Shown here piece by piece: positions 45,208 to 54,621 of a stretch of 64,000 nucleotides of DNA. Where the stretch lies: assembly GCA_963801815.1 (NCBI GenBank), contig CAWDGJ010000006.1, forward strand, positions 52,283-116,282. The letters are read 5' to 3'. The first letter of the stretch is position 1. Every line of letters starts with the position of its first letter. Under the pieces are notes generated by a model. That model had not been told where the DNA came from and did not search any database. It saw only the letters and a list, made by a program, of their open reading frames with translations. The DNA comes from an uncultured Verrucomicrobiae bacterium. GTDB taxonomy: Bacteria > Verrucomicrobiota > Verrucomicrobiia > Chthoniobacterales > UBA10450. The position numbers were made by a program, and so were the translations under genes.

Positions 45208-46989
45208 AGTCGCTTTCTTAATTGAAGAATCGTCGTTCAATAAAATCCATTCGATGATCGAAAGCGGCAGACTGCCGTTCTTGATCAGATCGTCGTGAAA
45301 TTGTCCGAGCCGGAAATTGTCACCTTGTTTATCTTTGTATTTGCCGAGCAAATTCATGATCTGCCATTTGCCTATGATGTAGCTGATTTTCTGGTGGGGA
45401 CTCGCGGCTGCGCCGGCGGCTTCGCCTTCTGCTGCTTCGTGATCAAGCCCACCCGCGTCCATAAAATATTTTACCGCTTGCTCGAATGTCCATTTGCCGG
45501 TGTGCAGGTTCACGTCAACGCCAATGCGCGCACCGCGATAACGTGACAATCGGAGAATTTGTCCCTGCGCCGCTGAATTGTCGGGATACAAACCTGTGCG
45601 CATCAACATTTCTTCGCCGTAAAGCGCCCAGCCTTCTATAAACACGCCGTCTTCATGCTGCCGGCGAATCTCATCGCTTAAATGGTTCGCGATCGAGAGT
45701 TGCATGAAGTGACCGGGAATTCCTTCGTGGCCCAGAATCGGACGCGGGTCTTCGATCGCCGCCCGAATGTAGAAATTTTTCGATTCGGGATTGTAGGTCG
45801 GAATAAAAAAGAATCCGGTAGGATCCTTGTCATAAACGCCGGGCGGATTCATGAAACCGCCGGGGCTTGTTGGTTTGAACGCCTCCGGGAGCTGTCGAAT
45901 TTCAAAACGGCCGAGGTAATCGGGTATCGTCACGAGATTGTGTTCCTTCAGGAAATTGATCATTTCTGTCTCGCGACTTTCGTAGGCCTTCAAGAACGAC
46001 GCCTGGTCAGCTGGAATATTCGCGGCGCGTTTTGGATCGGGATCGGCCAGTTTCGGGTCAGGCAGCAACGCTTCGAGCGCGCGATAACGCGCATTCTCAA
46101 CCCGGCCGACTGTTTCCACTTCGCGCGCGTCGAGCGGCAAAAGCAAAACGTGTTTGAGATAGTAGTTGTAGTTCGCTTCGCCCATTGGCGCGAAATCCAC
46201 CATCTTCGGCGCCCGTTTTTCGAGCTCGTCCGCGTAACCGTGGATCGCGGCCAGCGCGGCATCGCGAGCTTTAACGAGCTCCTCGTGCTCGTTTGGCGCA
46301 AGATCGACATCGAGCGCCATCAAACTCTGATTGAAAAGCGGATCGATCGATCGCGCGGATTGAATCGCAAGGTGGGCGTAGAGCTTCACCGGGTTCTGCA
46401 GGTTCGCGAGTCCCTGGTTCAGTATTGCCGGCATTGCCTTGAGTCTTGCGGTCGCCGAAACCGCGCGTTTGCGCGGCGCGTCGTATTCTTTTTTCAACAG
46501 TGAAAAAATCGCGTTCGCGCATTCGTCCGCGTAGGTCTGTGGATTCGTGAATTCGAATTTCAGAACGCGATTCTGGAAATCAACGTTCTCCAGCTGCGCG
46601 CGGAAAAGAATCGCGTCGATCTGCTCGTCCTTCGGCCAGGTGTCGATCTTCATCGCGCGCACCTTTTCGAGAAGGCCGTGCACATGCTGCGCGCGCTCGG
46701 CGATTTTGGCCGGCGAATAATCCGCCAGCTTGTCGTCCCAGGTGTGCAAGCCGCGATCGCTGCTCGATACCGGGTTGTTTTCGTTTCTCCATCGGTAATA
46801 ATCGTCCGCTAGTTTGTGCAAAGCCGCCGCGCCCATTACGTGGTCCTGGTTTGCATTCGTGAGCAAGGCTTTGTTGGAGATGTCAGGCTGTCGGCTCGGG
46901 GAGGGCTGTGCCTGGATTGCCGTTGAAACGCAAAGGACAATGACGCCGATAAAAAAGGTCTTCGATCTCACGATGTCGATCTTAACCAC
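45190..46989 (-). CDS. DUF885-family protein (metallopeptidase-like), secreted
   Basis: 599 aa with a signal peptide and the HEGIPGHFMQ motif typical of DUF885. Confidence 0.8.
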   Translation of the reverse strand: MVKIDIVRSKTFFIGVIVLCVSTAIQAQPSPSRQPDISNKALLTNANQDHVMGAAALHKLADDYYRWRNENNPVSSSDRGLHTWDDKLADYSPAKIAERAQHVHGLLEKVRAMKIDTWPKDEQIDAILFRAQLENVDFQNRVLKFEFTNPQTYADECANAIFSLLKKEYDAPRKRAVSATARLKAMPAILNQGLANLQNPVKLYAHLAIQSARSIDPLFNQSLMALDVDLAPNEHEELVKARDAALAAIHGYADELEKRAPKMVDFAPMGEANYNYYLKHVLLLPLDAREVETVGRVENARYRALEALLPDPKLADPDPKRAANIPADQASFLKAYESRETEMINFLKEHNLVTIPDYLGRFEIRQLPEAFKPTSPGGFMNPPGVYDKDPTGFFFIPTYNPESKNFYIRAAIEDPRPILGHEGIPGHFMQLSIANHLSDEIRRQHEDGVFIEGWALYGEEMLMRTGLYPDNSAAQGQILRLSRYRGARIGVDVNLHTGKWTFEQAVKYFMDAGGLDHEAAEGEAAGAAASPHQKISYIIGKWQIMNLLGKYKDKQGDNFRLGQFHDDLIKNGSLPLSIIEWILLNDDSSIKKATEESKK

Positions 46990-47090
46990 TTCAAATTAAC
47001 GCGGAAGCGGAATTTATCTTAAGTAGTGCGTCGTCTGGTTCCGATTGAAAGCGTTGTTGCTTTTTAGTGCATTCACGCTCATCGAAAGTC

Positions 47091-47798
47091 ATGAACGCGA
47101 TCGATCAATCCAGTCGCAGACTGTTTCTCAAGAAAACCGGACTCATTCTCGCGGCGTCTGGCTTTGGCGCGCTTGATCCTTCCTTCGCCAAAGAAAAAGC
47201 GAAAGGGGAAAAGAATGAAGACGTTTCGCCGCCGGAAGATTTGATGCGCGAGCACGGTGTTCTTAAGCGGATCCTGCTCGTGTACGGCGAAGCGTTACGC
47301 CGGATGGATGCCAACGAAGATCTGCCACCGGAGCCGCTCGCCGACTCAGCCAGGATTATTCGCGAATTTGTCGAGGACTATCACGAGAAGCTGGAAGAGA
47401 ATTTTCTTTTCCCGAGGTTCAGAAAAGCCAACAACCTTGTCGATCTCGTTGACGTTCTTTTACAACAACATCAAGCCGGCCGGCGGTTGACCGACATCAC
47501 CCTGCGGCTGGCGACGAATCAATCGCTCAAGAACTCTGACGATCGTCGCGCGCTGGCCGATTCGATGCGTCAATTCATTCGCATGTATAGCCCGCATGAA
47601 GCGCGAGAGGATACGGTGTTGTTTCCAGCTTTTCGCGGGATCGTCAGTGGCCACGAGTTCGATTCGCTCGGCGAAGATTTCGAGAAAAAAGAAGATGAGC
47701 TTTTTGGCGAGGACGGCTTTTTCAAGGTTGTCGATCGAGTGGCCGAGATTGAAAAGAAACTCGGCATTTACGATCTCGCGCAGTTCACACCGCGATAA
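47091..47798 (+). CDS. hemerythrin-like domain protein with Tat signal
   Basis: SRRLFLKKTGLILAASG twin-arginine motif. His/Glu motifs MREHGV, YHEKLEE, HEAREDT. Confidence 0.7.
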   Translation: MNAIDQSSRRLFLKKTGLILAASGFGALDPSFAKEKAKGEKNEDVSPPEDLMREHGVLKRILLVYGEALRRMDANEDLPPEPLADSARIIREFVEDYHEKLEENFLFPRFRKANNLVDLVDVLLQQHQAGRRLTDITLRLATNQSLKNSDDRRALADSMRQFIRMYSPHEAREDTVLFPAFRGIVSGHEFDSLGEDFEKKEDELFGEDGFFKVVDRVAEIEKKLGIYDLAQFTPR

Positions 47799-47868
47799 AC
47801 TTTTGCTCACCGCTAAAGTAGCTCTGGACTGCGAATGATTTTCGCAAAGGTTGAGCTTCACTTCTAAA

Positions 47869-49050
47869 ATGAATGGCCGGGCCGCGACCACAACTCTTCC
47901 AGGATCGGCCGCCTTTCGGTTCGTCTTAATCCTTGGCATCGCGAATCTCTTCGCGGACATGACCTACGAGGGCGCGCGGAGCGTCACCGGACCATTCCTT
48001 GAAACGCTCGGGGCGAGTGCGGCCGTGGTCGGCATTACCGCGGGCCTTGGCGAGCTTCTCGGCTACGCCCTGCGATCAGTCTCCGGCGTCATCAGCGATC
48101 GAACCGGTAAGTACTGGATCGTCACGATCGTCGGTTACATCATCAACATGCTGGCGGTTCCGGCGCTTGCGCTATCGGGTAACTGGCCACTCGCTGCGGG
48201 ACTCATTGTGTCGGAGCGCACCGGTCGCGCGATCCGAAAACCGGCCACCGAAGCGATGCTTTCTTTTGCCGGCAAACAGATCGGACGCGGCTGGGTTTTC
48301 GGTTTGAACGAAGCGCTTGATCAGGCAGGTGCGACTATTGGCCCGCTTGTTGTTTCGTTCTCACTATTCGAACAACGTGGCTACCGGACGGCGTTTTCCT
48401 ATCTTCTCGTGCCGGCGCTGTTGACCATCGCGATTATTTTTCTGGCACGTTATTTCTTCCCGAGACCGCACGATCTTGAAGTAGCCGAAGAAATTCACAC
48501 CGAACATTTTCAGCCGGCTTACTGGATTTACATGGTCGCAGCCGCGTGTTTCGCGGCCGGATTCGCGGATTTTGCGTTGATCGCGTATCACTTTCAGAAA
48601 AGCGGGGTAATCGCCGCGGATGTCATTCCTATCTATTATGCCGTGGCAATGGCGATGGGCGCGGTAGCAGGATTGCTTTTAGGCAAGCTATTCGATCGCT
48701 TCGGGATCGCGATGCTGTTCATTGGGTTTTTGCTTTCGGCTTTTGCGCCGCCGTTGTTGTTTTTGGGCGGCGCAAGATTGGCGCTCGCTGGTATGATCCT
48801 CTGGGGGATTGGCATGGGTGCACAGGGCTCCCTGCTTAACGCGATCATCTCCGAATTGGTTCCATCGAATAAGCGCAGTACCGCGTTCGGTTTCTTCGAC
48901 GCCGCATTTGGAATCGCTTGGTTTATCGGCAGCGCATCGATGGGAATTCTCTACGACAGATCAATTATCGCAGTGGTGACCGTTTCGGTGGTTCTCCAAT
49001 TGGGTTCACTCCCGATCTTCTTCTTTGTAAACAAGGCGCGAGCAAACTGA
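47869..49050 (+). CDS. MFS transporter
   Basis: About 12 hydrophobic helices. The loop motif SDRTGKYW between TM2 and TM3 is typical of the MFS. Confidence 0.8.
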   Translation: MNGRAATTTLPGSAAFRFVLILGIANLFADMTYEGARSVTGPFLETLGASAAVVGITAGLGELLGYALRSVSGVISDRTGKYWIVTIVGYIINMLAVPALALSGNWPLAAGLIVSERTGRAIRKPATEAMLSFAGKQIGRGWVFGLNEALDQAGATIGPLVVSFSLFEQRGYRTAFSYLLVPALLTIAIIFLARYFFPRPHDLEVAEEIHTEHFQPAYWIYMVAAACFAAGFADFALIAYHFQKSGVIAADVIPIYYAVAMAMGAVAGLLLGKLFDRFGIAMLFIGFLLSAFAPPLLFLGGARLALAGMILWGIGMGAQGSLLNAIISELVPSNKRSTAFGFFDAAFGIAWFIGSASMGILYDRSIIAVVTVSVVLQLGSLPIFFFVNKARAN

Positions 49051-49746
49051 ATGAAGACGCTCGGCATGATCGGCGGCATCGGACCCGAGAGCACGATCGA
49101 CTACTACAAGAATCTCATTGCGATATATCGCGAACGAAAACCGGACGGTCATTATCCGCAATTCGTGATTAACAGCATCGACCTTCAGAAGGGGATCGAT
49201 TTCCTGGAAGCGAACAATCTGCCGGGCATGGCAGATTTTCTTCTCGAAGAAATTGCGAAACTGCCACCCGCCGGCGCCGACTTTGGAATTATCGCCGCTA
49301 ACACTCCGCACATCGTGTTCGACGAAGTGAAAGCAAAATCGCCAATTCCGTTCATCAGTATCGTCGAAGCAACTTGCGATTATGCAAAAGCGCGCAATTT
49401 GAAAAGGCTCGCGCTTTTCGGGACGCGTTACACCATGCAGGCCGATTTTTATCAAAGGGTTTTCCGGCACGCAGGAATCGAACTCGTCGTGCCCTATCCG
49501 AAAGATCAGGATTACATCCACGAGAAATATTTCGCCGAGCTCGTCCCCGGAATCTTTTTGCCTGAAACGCGCGCCGGGTTGCTTGCGATCGTCGATCGAA
49601 TGAAATCCGAGGCGGACATTGAGGGAGTTACGCTCGCGGGAACCGAGCTAGCGCTCATCCTTCGCGGCGAAAGCCACAACGGCGTCGCTTTGCTCGACAC
49701 CGGCAAGATTCATTGTCAGGCTGCGGTGATCGAAATGCTCAAATGA
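49051..49746 (+). CDS. Asp/Glu/hydantoin racemase-family protein (both canonical Cys positions appear substituted)
   Basis: The MKTLGMIGGIGPESTIDYY N-terminus is typical. The expected C-N-T-x-H motif reads AANTPH and the expected G-C-T-E motif reads AGTE. Confidence 0.75.
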   Translation: MKTLGMIGGIGPESTIDYYKNLIAIYRERKPDGHYPQFVINSIDLQKGIDFLEANNLPGMADFLLEEIAKLPPAGADFGIIAANTPHIVFDEVKAKSPIPFISIVEATCDYAKARNLKRLALFGTRYTMQADFYQRVFRHAGIELVVPYPKDQDYIHEKYFAELVPGIFLPETRAGLLAIVDRMKSEADIEGVTLAGTELALILRGESHNGVALLDTGKIHCQAAVIEMLK

Positions 49747-50132
49747 AACGCGTCATCGGCATTGGCGGAATTTTCTTCAAGGCGAACGATCCCAAGAAAC
49801 TTGCGGCCTGGTATAAAGAGCATCTCGGACTTGCTGTCGAAGATTGGGGCGGCGCCAGTTTTCAGGAAGGCGCTGGCGCCGATCTCAAACCAAAACGCCA
49901 ATCGCACCTCGTCTGGTCGCCGTTCGAAGCGAACACCGATTATTTCAAGCCGAGCGACAAGCAGTTCATGATCAACTATCGCGTTCACGATCTCGACGCC
50001 GTTCTCGCCCAGCTCCGGAGCGAAGGTGTAGCGGTCGATCCCAAAACTGAAAAGTCCGAGTTCGGCTACTTTGGCTGGATCATGGATCCAGAAGGCAACC
50101 GTATTGAATTATGGGAGCCGCCTCAACAATGA
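49743..50132 (+). CDS. VOC (glyoxalase/bleomycin-resistance) family protein
   Basis: 129 aa. IGGIFFKANDPKKLAAWY...GNRIELWEP pattern. ATGA overlap with the racemase gene. Confidence 0.75.
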   Translation: MKRVIGIGGIFFKANDPKKLAAWYKEHLGLAVEDWGGASFQEGAGADLKPKRQSHLVWSPFEANTDYFKPSDKQFMINYRVHDLDAVLAQLRSEGVAVDPKTEKSEFGYFGWIMDPEGNRIELWEPPQQ

Positions 50133-50797
50133 TAAGAGTTGTTTGTTGGCTTCTGGTTTTTTGTTCGATCGCAATGGCCCAACCTAAGACAGAGAAAATT
50201 CGTTACGCTGTAATCGGCGATTCGTATTCGTGCGGCGAAGGTGCGAAGCCTAGCGAGTCGTGGCCATCGTTGCTTACTCAGCATCTGAAAGCGCAAGGAC
50301 TGGATATCGACCTGGTCTCTAACCCGTCAGTCACCGGTTGGACAACGAAGGACGCGATCGATAAGGAGTTGCCGAAGTTCGTAAGTTCCAATCCTAACTT
50401 CGCGACATTGCTCATCGGCGTGAATGACTGGGTCCAAGGCGTGGATGATTTGGGTTTTCATAATCGGTTCAGTTATCTCGTCGATTCAATGCTGGCTGTG
50501 CTGCCGAACAAGAAGCGATTACTGGTGGTCACGATTCCAGACTTCGGAGTAACTCCAACCGGTCCCAAGTATTCGCACGGCCGGAACATTCACGAAGGAA
50601 TCATGCAGTTTAACAAAATCGTGACCGAAGAAGCGCACAAACGCGGGCTGGAGGTCGTCGATATTTTTCCGCTGAGCAAAAGAATGGGCGAAGACAAATC
50701 GCTTATTGCGAAGGACGGCCTTCATCCAACCGCCAAAGCCTACGCCGAATGGGAAAAACTTATTTTCCCGGCTGCCCTGGCGTTGCTGAAGCAGTAG
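50129..50797 (+). CDS. SGNH/GDSL hydrolase, secreted
   Basis: Signal peptide, GDSYSCGEG (block I) and DGLHPT (block V). ATGA overlap with the upstream gene. Confidence 0.8.
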   Translation: MIRVVCWLLVFCSIAMAQPKTEKIRYAVIGDSYSCGEGAKPSESWPSLLTQHLKAQGLDIDLVSNPSVTGWTTKDAIDKELPKFVSSNPNFATLLIGVNDWVQGVDDLGFHNRFSYLVDSMLAVLPNKKRLLVVTIPDFGVTPTGPKYSHGRNIHEGIMQFNKIVTEEAHKRGLEVVDIFPLSKRMGEDKSLIAKDGLHPTAKAYAEWEKLIFPAALALLKQ

Positions 50798-50803
50798 CTG
50801 ATT

Positions 50804-51053
50804 TCAGAGACGCTTTTTTAGGAAGGCAGCGGCCAGAGGCAGATTTTAAGTAACGTTCGAAATTTCTACCCTGCGCTCCGTTCGAAAACGCAATATAGGT
50901 TTTCAGGCGCCACGGCCTCCATTTGGCGGTGTGTAGCACTTCGCCATTATTGTGACGAGCTAGTCTCTTCCGGAGATCGAGTGTAGAATCTGTGCGGAAC
51001 CGTCTCGGGTCGGTCTCGCTTTGTAAGACGTAAACATATGTAAAAATTTTCAT
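50804..51053 (-). pseudogene. GIY-YIG nuclease-family small protein, 3' end frame-shifted in a T6/A6 run (50814-50819)
   Basis: FTYVYVLQS...RLARHNNG...YLKSASGR. Removing one A restores the typical ...PKKRL-stop ending at 50804. Confidence 0.7.
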
Positions 51054-51108
51054 TTCTGATGGCATGCCGAGTCGAAGCTCGCCGCGGCGATGTTGCAAGA
51101 TGAAAAGC

Positions 51109-51137
51109 CCGCCTACGCCAACGCTACGGCGCGACAG
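51109..51137. repeat. left copy of a 29-nt direct repeat flanking tRNA-Val
   Basis: ccgcctacgccaacgctacggcgcgacag compared with ccgccttcgccaaggctacggcgtgacaag at 51257-51286. Confidence 0.7.
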
Positions 51138-51170
51138 TGTACGCTCGTTGCTGACGCTGCGAGCGTAGAC

Positions 51171-51242
51171 TGGGCGGTGAGGGTTTCGAACCCCCGACCT
51201 CCTCGGTGTAAACGAGATGCTCTACCGCTGAGCTAACCGCCC
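51171..51242 (-). tRNA. tRNA-Val (anticodon TAC)
   Basis: Folded by hand: acceptor GGGCGGT/ACCGCCC, D-arm GCTC-AGCGGTA-GAGC, anticodon arm TCTCG-TTTACAC-CGAGG, T-arm GGGGG-TTCGAAA-CCCTC. No encoded CCA. Confidence 0.9.
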
Positions 51243-51256
51243 CTCGAGAATGTGAT

Positions 51257-51286
51257 CCGCCTTCGCCAAGGCTACGGCGTGACAAG
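51257..51286. repeat. right copy of the direct repeat flanking tRNA-Val, followed by (CAGTGAC)n words to 51312
   Basis: See the left copy. Downstream is gtgacgagtgaccagtgaccagtc. Confidence 0.7.
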
Positions 51287-51381
51287 TAAGTGACGAGTGA
51301 CCAGTGACCAGTCAAGGCAAAGCCCGCTATTTTCTTTGATCTCGTCTAAAAGATCGGTGATGAATGCGGCGCGGAGTCTGC

Positions 51382-51829
51382 ATGAAAGAACGCTACTATG
51401 AAGATTTGAAGGTTGGCGACCGATTTAAATCGGAAACCTACAAGGTCAGCGAAGAACAGATCATCGCGTTTGCGCGCGAGTTCGATCCGCAACCGTTTCA
51501 TCTTGATCGCGCATTCGCGGACAAAACGATGTTTGAGGGGTTGATCACGAGCGGCTGGCATACCGCCGCGATTACAATGCGTTTGTTTGTGAAGACGTTG
51601 AACTTTGCCGGAGGCACAATCGGCCTCGGCGTCGATGAATTACGCTGGCCGAATGCAGTCAAGCCGGGCGATGAATTGCAGGTCGAGGTAGAGATTGTCC
51701 ATCTTCGAGTGTCACGATCGAAGCCAACCCACGGAGTGGTGCGGCTCCATTATGTTACGACGAACCAGCGCGAGCGAGATTGTGCAGACCATGTTCGCGT
51801 CGGTGTTGATTTCACGCCGCAGCGACTAG
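51382..51829 (+). pseudogene. MaoC-like (R)-hydratase hotdog-fold protein, frame-disrupted near 51772
   Basis: FAREFDPQPFHLD and the hotdog core are intact. After ...TTNQR the plausible ending EIVQTMFASVLISRRSD-stop is in the +1 frame. Confidence 0.75.
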
Positions 51830-51925
51830 GATCAGACTATAATGGCACTACTCCGAGTTTTTGCGCAAACTACTCCGTAAGTATCTCTTGCATTAGCTAG
51901 AACTGTAGTCTACGAAGAACGTCTT

Positions 51926-52267
51926 ATGGACTTATCAACGCGAAACTTGGAACAAGCTTTATCGATTCGTCGCCAGATTGATGCATTGGAGAGACGATTC
52001 AGGGGACTGGTTGGGGGAATGGGCGGCGGCGCTTCGACGGCCGCGCCGCGTCGCGGAGGGAAGCGTCAAATGTCAGCAGCGGCCCGAGCGAAGATTGCGG
52101 CGGCAGCACGTGCACGCTGGGCGCGATTCCGGGCCGGTCGTGGCGGCGCCAAGGCGGCGAAGAAAGGCGGCAAACGCAAAGGCGGAATTACTGCTGCCGG
52201 TCGCAGACGTCTTTCGCAATTAATGAAGGCGCGTTGGGCAGCTAGAAGAAAAGCCAAGCGCAGATAG
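51926..52267 (+). CDS. small basic protein with an internally repeated ...ARWA... motif
   Basis: 113 aa. MSAAARAKIAAAARARWARFRAGRGG and ITAAGRRRLSQLMKARWAARRKAKRR. Confidence 0.55.
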   Translation: MDLSTRNLEQALSIRRQIDALERRFRGLVGGMGGGASTAAPRRGGKRQMSAAARAKIAAAARARWARFRAGRGGAKAAKKGGKRKGGITAAGRRRLSQLMKARWAARRKAKRR

Positions 52268-52358
52268 GTTGCTAGCGGCGATTACGCACCCTGCTAGAGC
52301 GCCAATAGGTACCCGCTTCTAGGTTGCCGCACAGCGGCATGGCTGAGGTCAATCGCCC

Positions 52359-53353
52359 CTACCTGGACTTACTCAGTAGCTTCATCATCGTTTCCGGATA
52401 ACGCGAGCCGGAGAAAGCGTCCCGCGGCGCGACTTCGTCGATTCGTTCGAGATCTTGTTTGGTGAGAGCGACATCGAGCGCGCCGACGTTCTCCTGTAAA
52501 TATTTTCGGCGTTTTGTTCCGGGGATTGGCACGATGTCCGGGCCCTGGGCGAGGACCCAGGCCAGCGCGAGCTGGGCCGGTGTGCATCGCTTTTCGCGCG
52601 CAATTTCTTCGACCCGCTTCACGATCTCGAGGTTGCGCTGAAAATTTTCGCCCTGAAAGCGCGGCGTGGTTCGCCGGTAATCGTCTTGAGGGATATCCTC
52701 CGGTTTTTGAATCTTGCCGGTCAGGAAACCGCGGCCCAGCGGACTGTAAGGCACGAAACCAATGCCAAGTTCGCGACACGTTGGTAGAATTTCCGGTTCG
52801 GGATCGCGCGTCCAAAGCGAATACTCCGATTGCAAAGCCGTGATCGGATGAACGGCGTGCGCGCGTCGAATTGCATCGGCGCTTGCTTCAGACAGTCCGA
52901 GAAATCGCACTTTGCCCTGTCGCACCAGTTCGGCCATCGCACCGATTGTCTCTTCGATCGGCGTGTCCGGATCGACGCGATGCTGGTAATAGAGATCGAT
53001 GCACTCGATCCCGAGGCGGCGCAGACTTCCTTCACATGATTGCTTCACGTAATCGGGTTTGCCGCTGATGCCGCGGAACTCCGCCTTCTCCGGATCGCGC
53101 AGGATTCCGAACTTGGTCGCAATGACAACCCGTTCGCGGTGGCCCTTGAGCGCGCGGCCAACGAATTCTTCGTTGGTGTGTGGCCCGTAAACGTCGGCCG
53201 TGTCGAAGAAAGTGATTCCGAGTTCGAGCGCGCGATGAATCGTTGCCAGCGATTCCTCGTCGTTGCGATCGCCGTAGAAATCGGACATGCCCATGCAACC
53301 GAGGCCGATTGCTGAGACACAGGACCGCCTCGACCGAGCTTACGTTGTTTCAT
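52359..53353 (-). pseudogene. aldo/keto reductase, frame-disrupted near 53318
   Basis: [11 protein letters not shown] is in one frame and [16 protein letters not shown]... (311 aa, intact) is in another. Consistent with a 1-nt deletion. Confidence 0.85.
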
Positions 53354-53384
53354 AGGACGACTTTAGGAAAGGTCTCAGAAGTCT

Positions 53385-53680
53385 CCAAATCCCAAATCCC
53401 AAATCCCAAATCCCAAATCCCAAATCCCAAATCCCAAGCAGGCTCCAAAGCTTCAAACCTTAAACGAAGCTCCAAATCTTAAATCTGGAAAACAAAACCC
53501 AAGATCTAAAACCCGAATCCCAAACAAGGTTCAAAGCTGCAAACATCAAATGAATTTTTAAATCTTGGACCACATGTTCTCGATGATTCCGAATTCACCC
53601 TTTCGTTTGGTTTTTGCAGGTTTCCGTTTCCGATTTTTGATATTCCTTGGGTTTTGGAATTTGGAACTTGGGATTTCCGA
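53385..53680. repeat. (CCCAAAT)x7 tandem array, degenerate copies, and a complementary TTTGG/TTGGGA-rich arm
   Basis: Perfect heptamers span 53391-53432. Degenerate words run to about 53550. The opposing arm at 53600-53680 could pair with them. Confidence 0.8.
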
Positions 53681-53703
53681 CGGCCGACTCCCGTCGGCGT
53701 CGG

Positions 53704-54605
53704 TTATATTTGTCCAATCCAGGTCCGGGGCGCGCATTCTTCCCACCGCTCGCGGATCGCCTCGAATTCCGTCTTCGTTCAACGGACCCGCTTCAAGTAA
53801 TCGCGCGTTTTCTCGCCAGCGGGCCGGCTTTTTTGTGCCAACGATTGCTGTGTGAACGCCCGGCACGCTCAACGTGAACCGTAACGCGGTCGAAATGCTC
53901 TTGTTCATGTCCCCGCGCAGAAAATTGTAATTCAGTTTCCGTAATCGTTCCCAATATTCGTGGTGATAGGAATCGATCGGGCGGTGACCGGTTTTCCAGG
54001 CAGCGTTGGCGATTGGTCGCTTGGCGATCACGCCCATCTGTTTCTCGCGGGCCAGCGGCAAGGTGAGATCGATCGCTTCCTGATCGGCGATGTTGATGGA
54101 AGATTGGAGCGTGTCGAATGCGCCGCATTCCACCGCAAAATGCGCGGCGTGACTGTCGCCGCTGTAACCGATGTAACGAGTGTAGCCTTTGTCGCGAGCG
54201 GTTTGGAGCGCGTCGATGACTTCACCCTTGCGTCAATTCTGCTTCCGAGCAGCTGTGTAATTGCAACAAATCGAGCCTATCGGTCTTCAATCGCTTCAAA
54301 CTGCGCTCAGCGCTTTCCAGAATGGAACCCTTCGACCAGTTCGCGCCGCTTTCCATTCCATGCGGATGACCGCATTTGGTGAAAAGGTAAAAATCTTTGC
54401 GTCGATTACTGACCGCCTGGCCGATCAATTCCTCGCTGTTGTAATAACATTCGGCGGTATCGATCACATTCAGACCGGCATCGAGTGCGCTGTTCAACAA
54501 CTCAGCAACGGTTTCCGCCGATGCACGCTCGTAACCAATCTCGGAGCCGCCGAAGCCGAGAACGGAAACTTCCATGTCGGTTTTACCAAGGCGCCGTTTT
54601 TCCAT
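53704..54605 (-). pseudogene. aldo/keto reductase, two frame disruptions (about 54226 and 53770)
   Basis: MEKRRLGKTDMEVSVLGFGG... then [25 protein letters not shown]... then [21 protein letters not shown]-stop, in three successive frames. Both junctions fit single extra G/C bases. Confidence 0.85.
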
Positions 54606-54621
54606 CTTCTTTGACGCTTTG

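Noticed and set aside
53385-53438. Possible CRISPR array or telomere-like repeat, (CCCAAAT)n.
   Set aside because: The units are contiguous 7-mers with no spacers, and no cas genes are present. The tract is internal and flanked by ordinary bacterial genes, so it is a simple tandem repeat.
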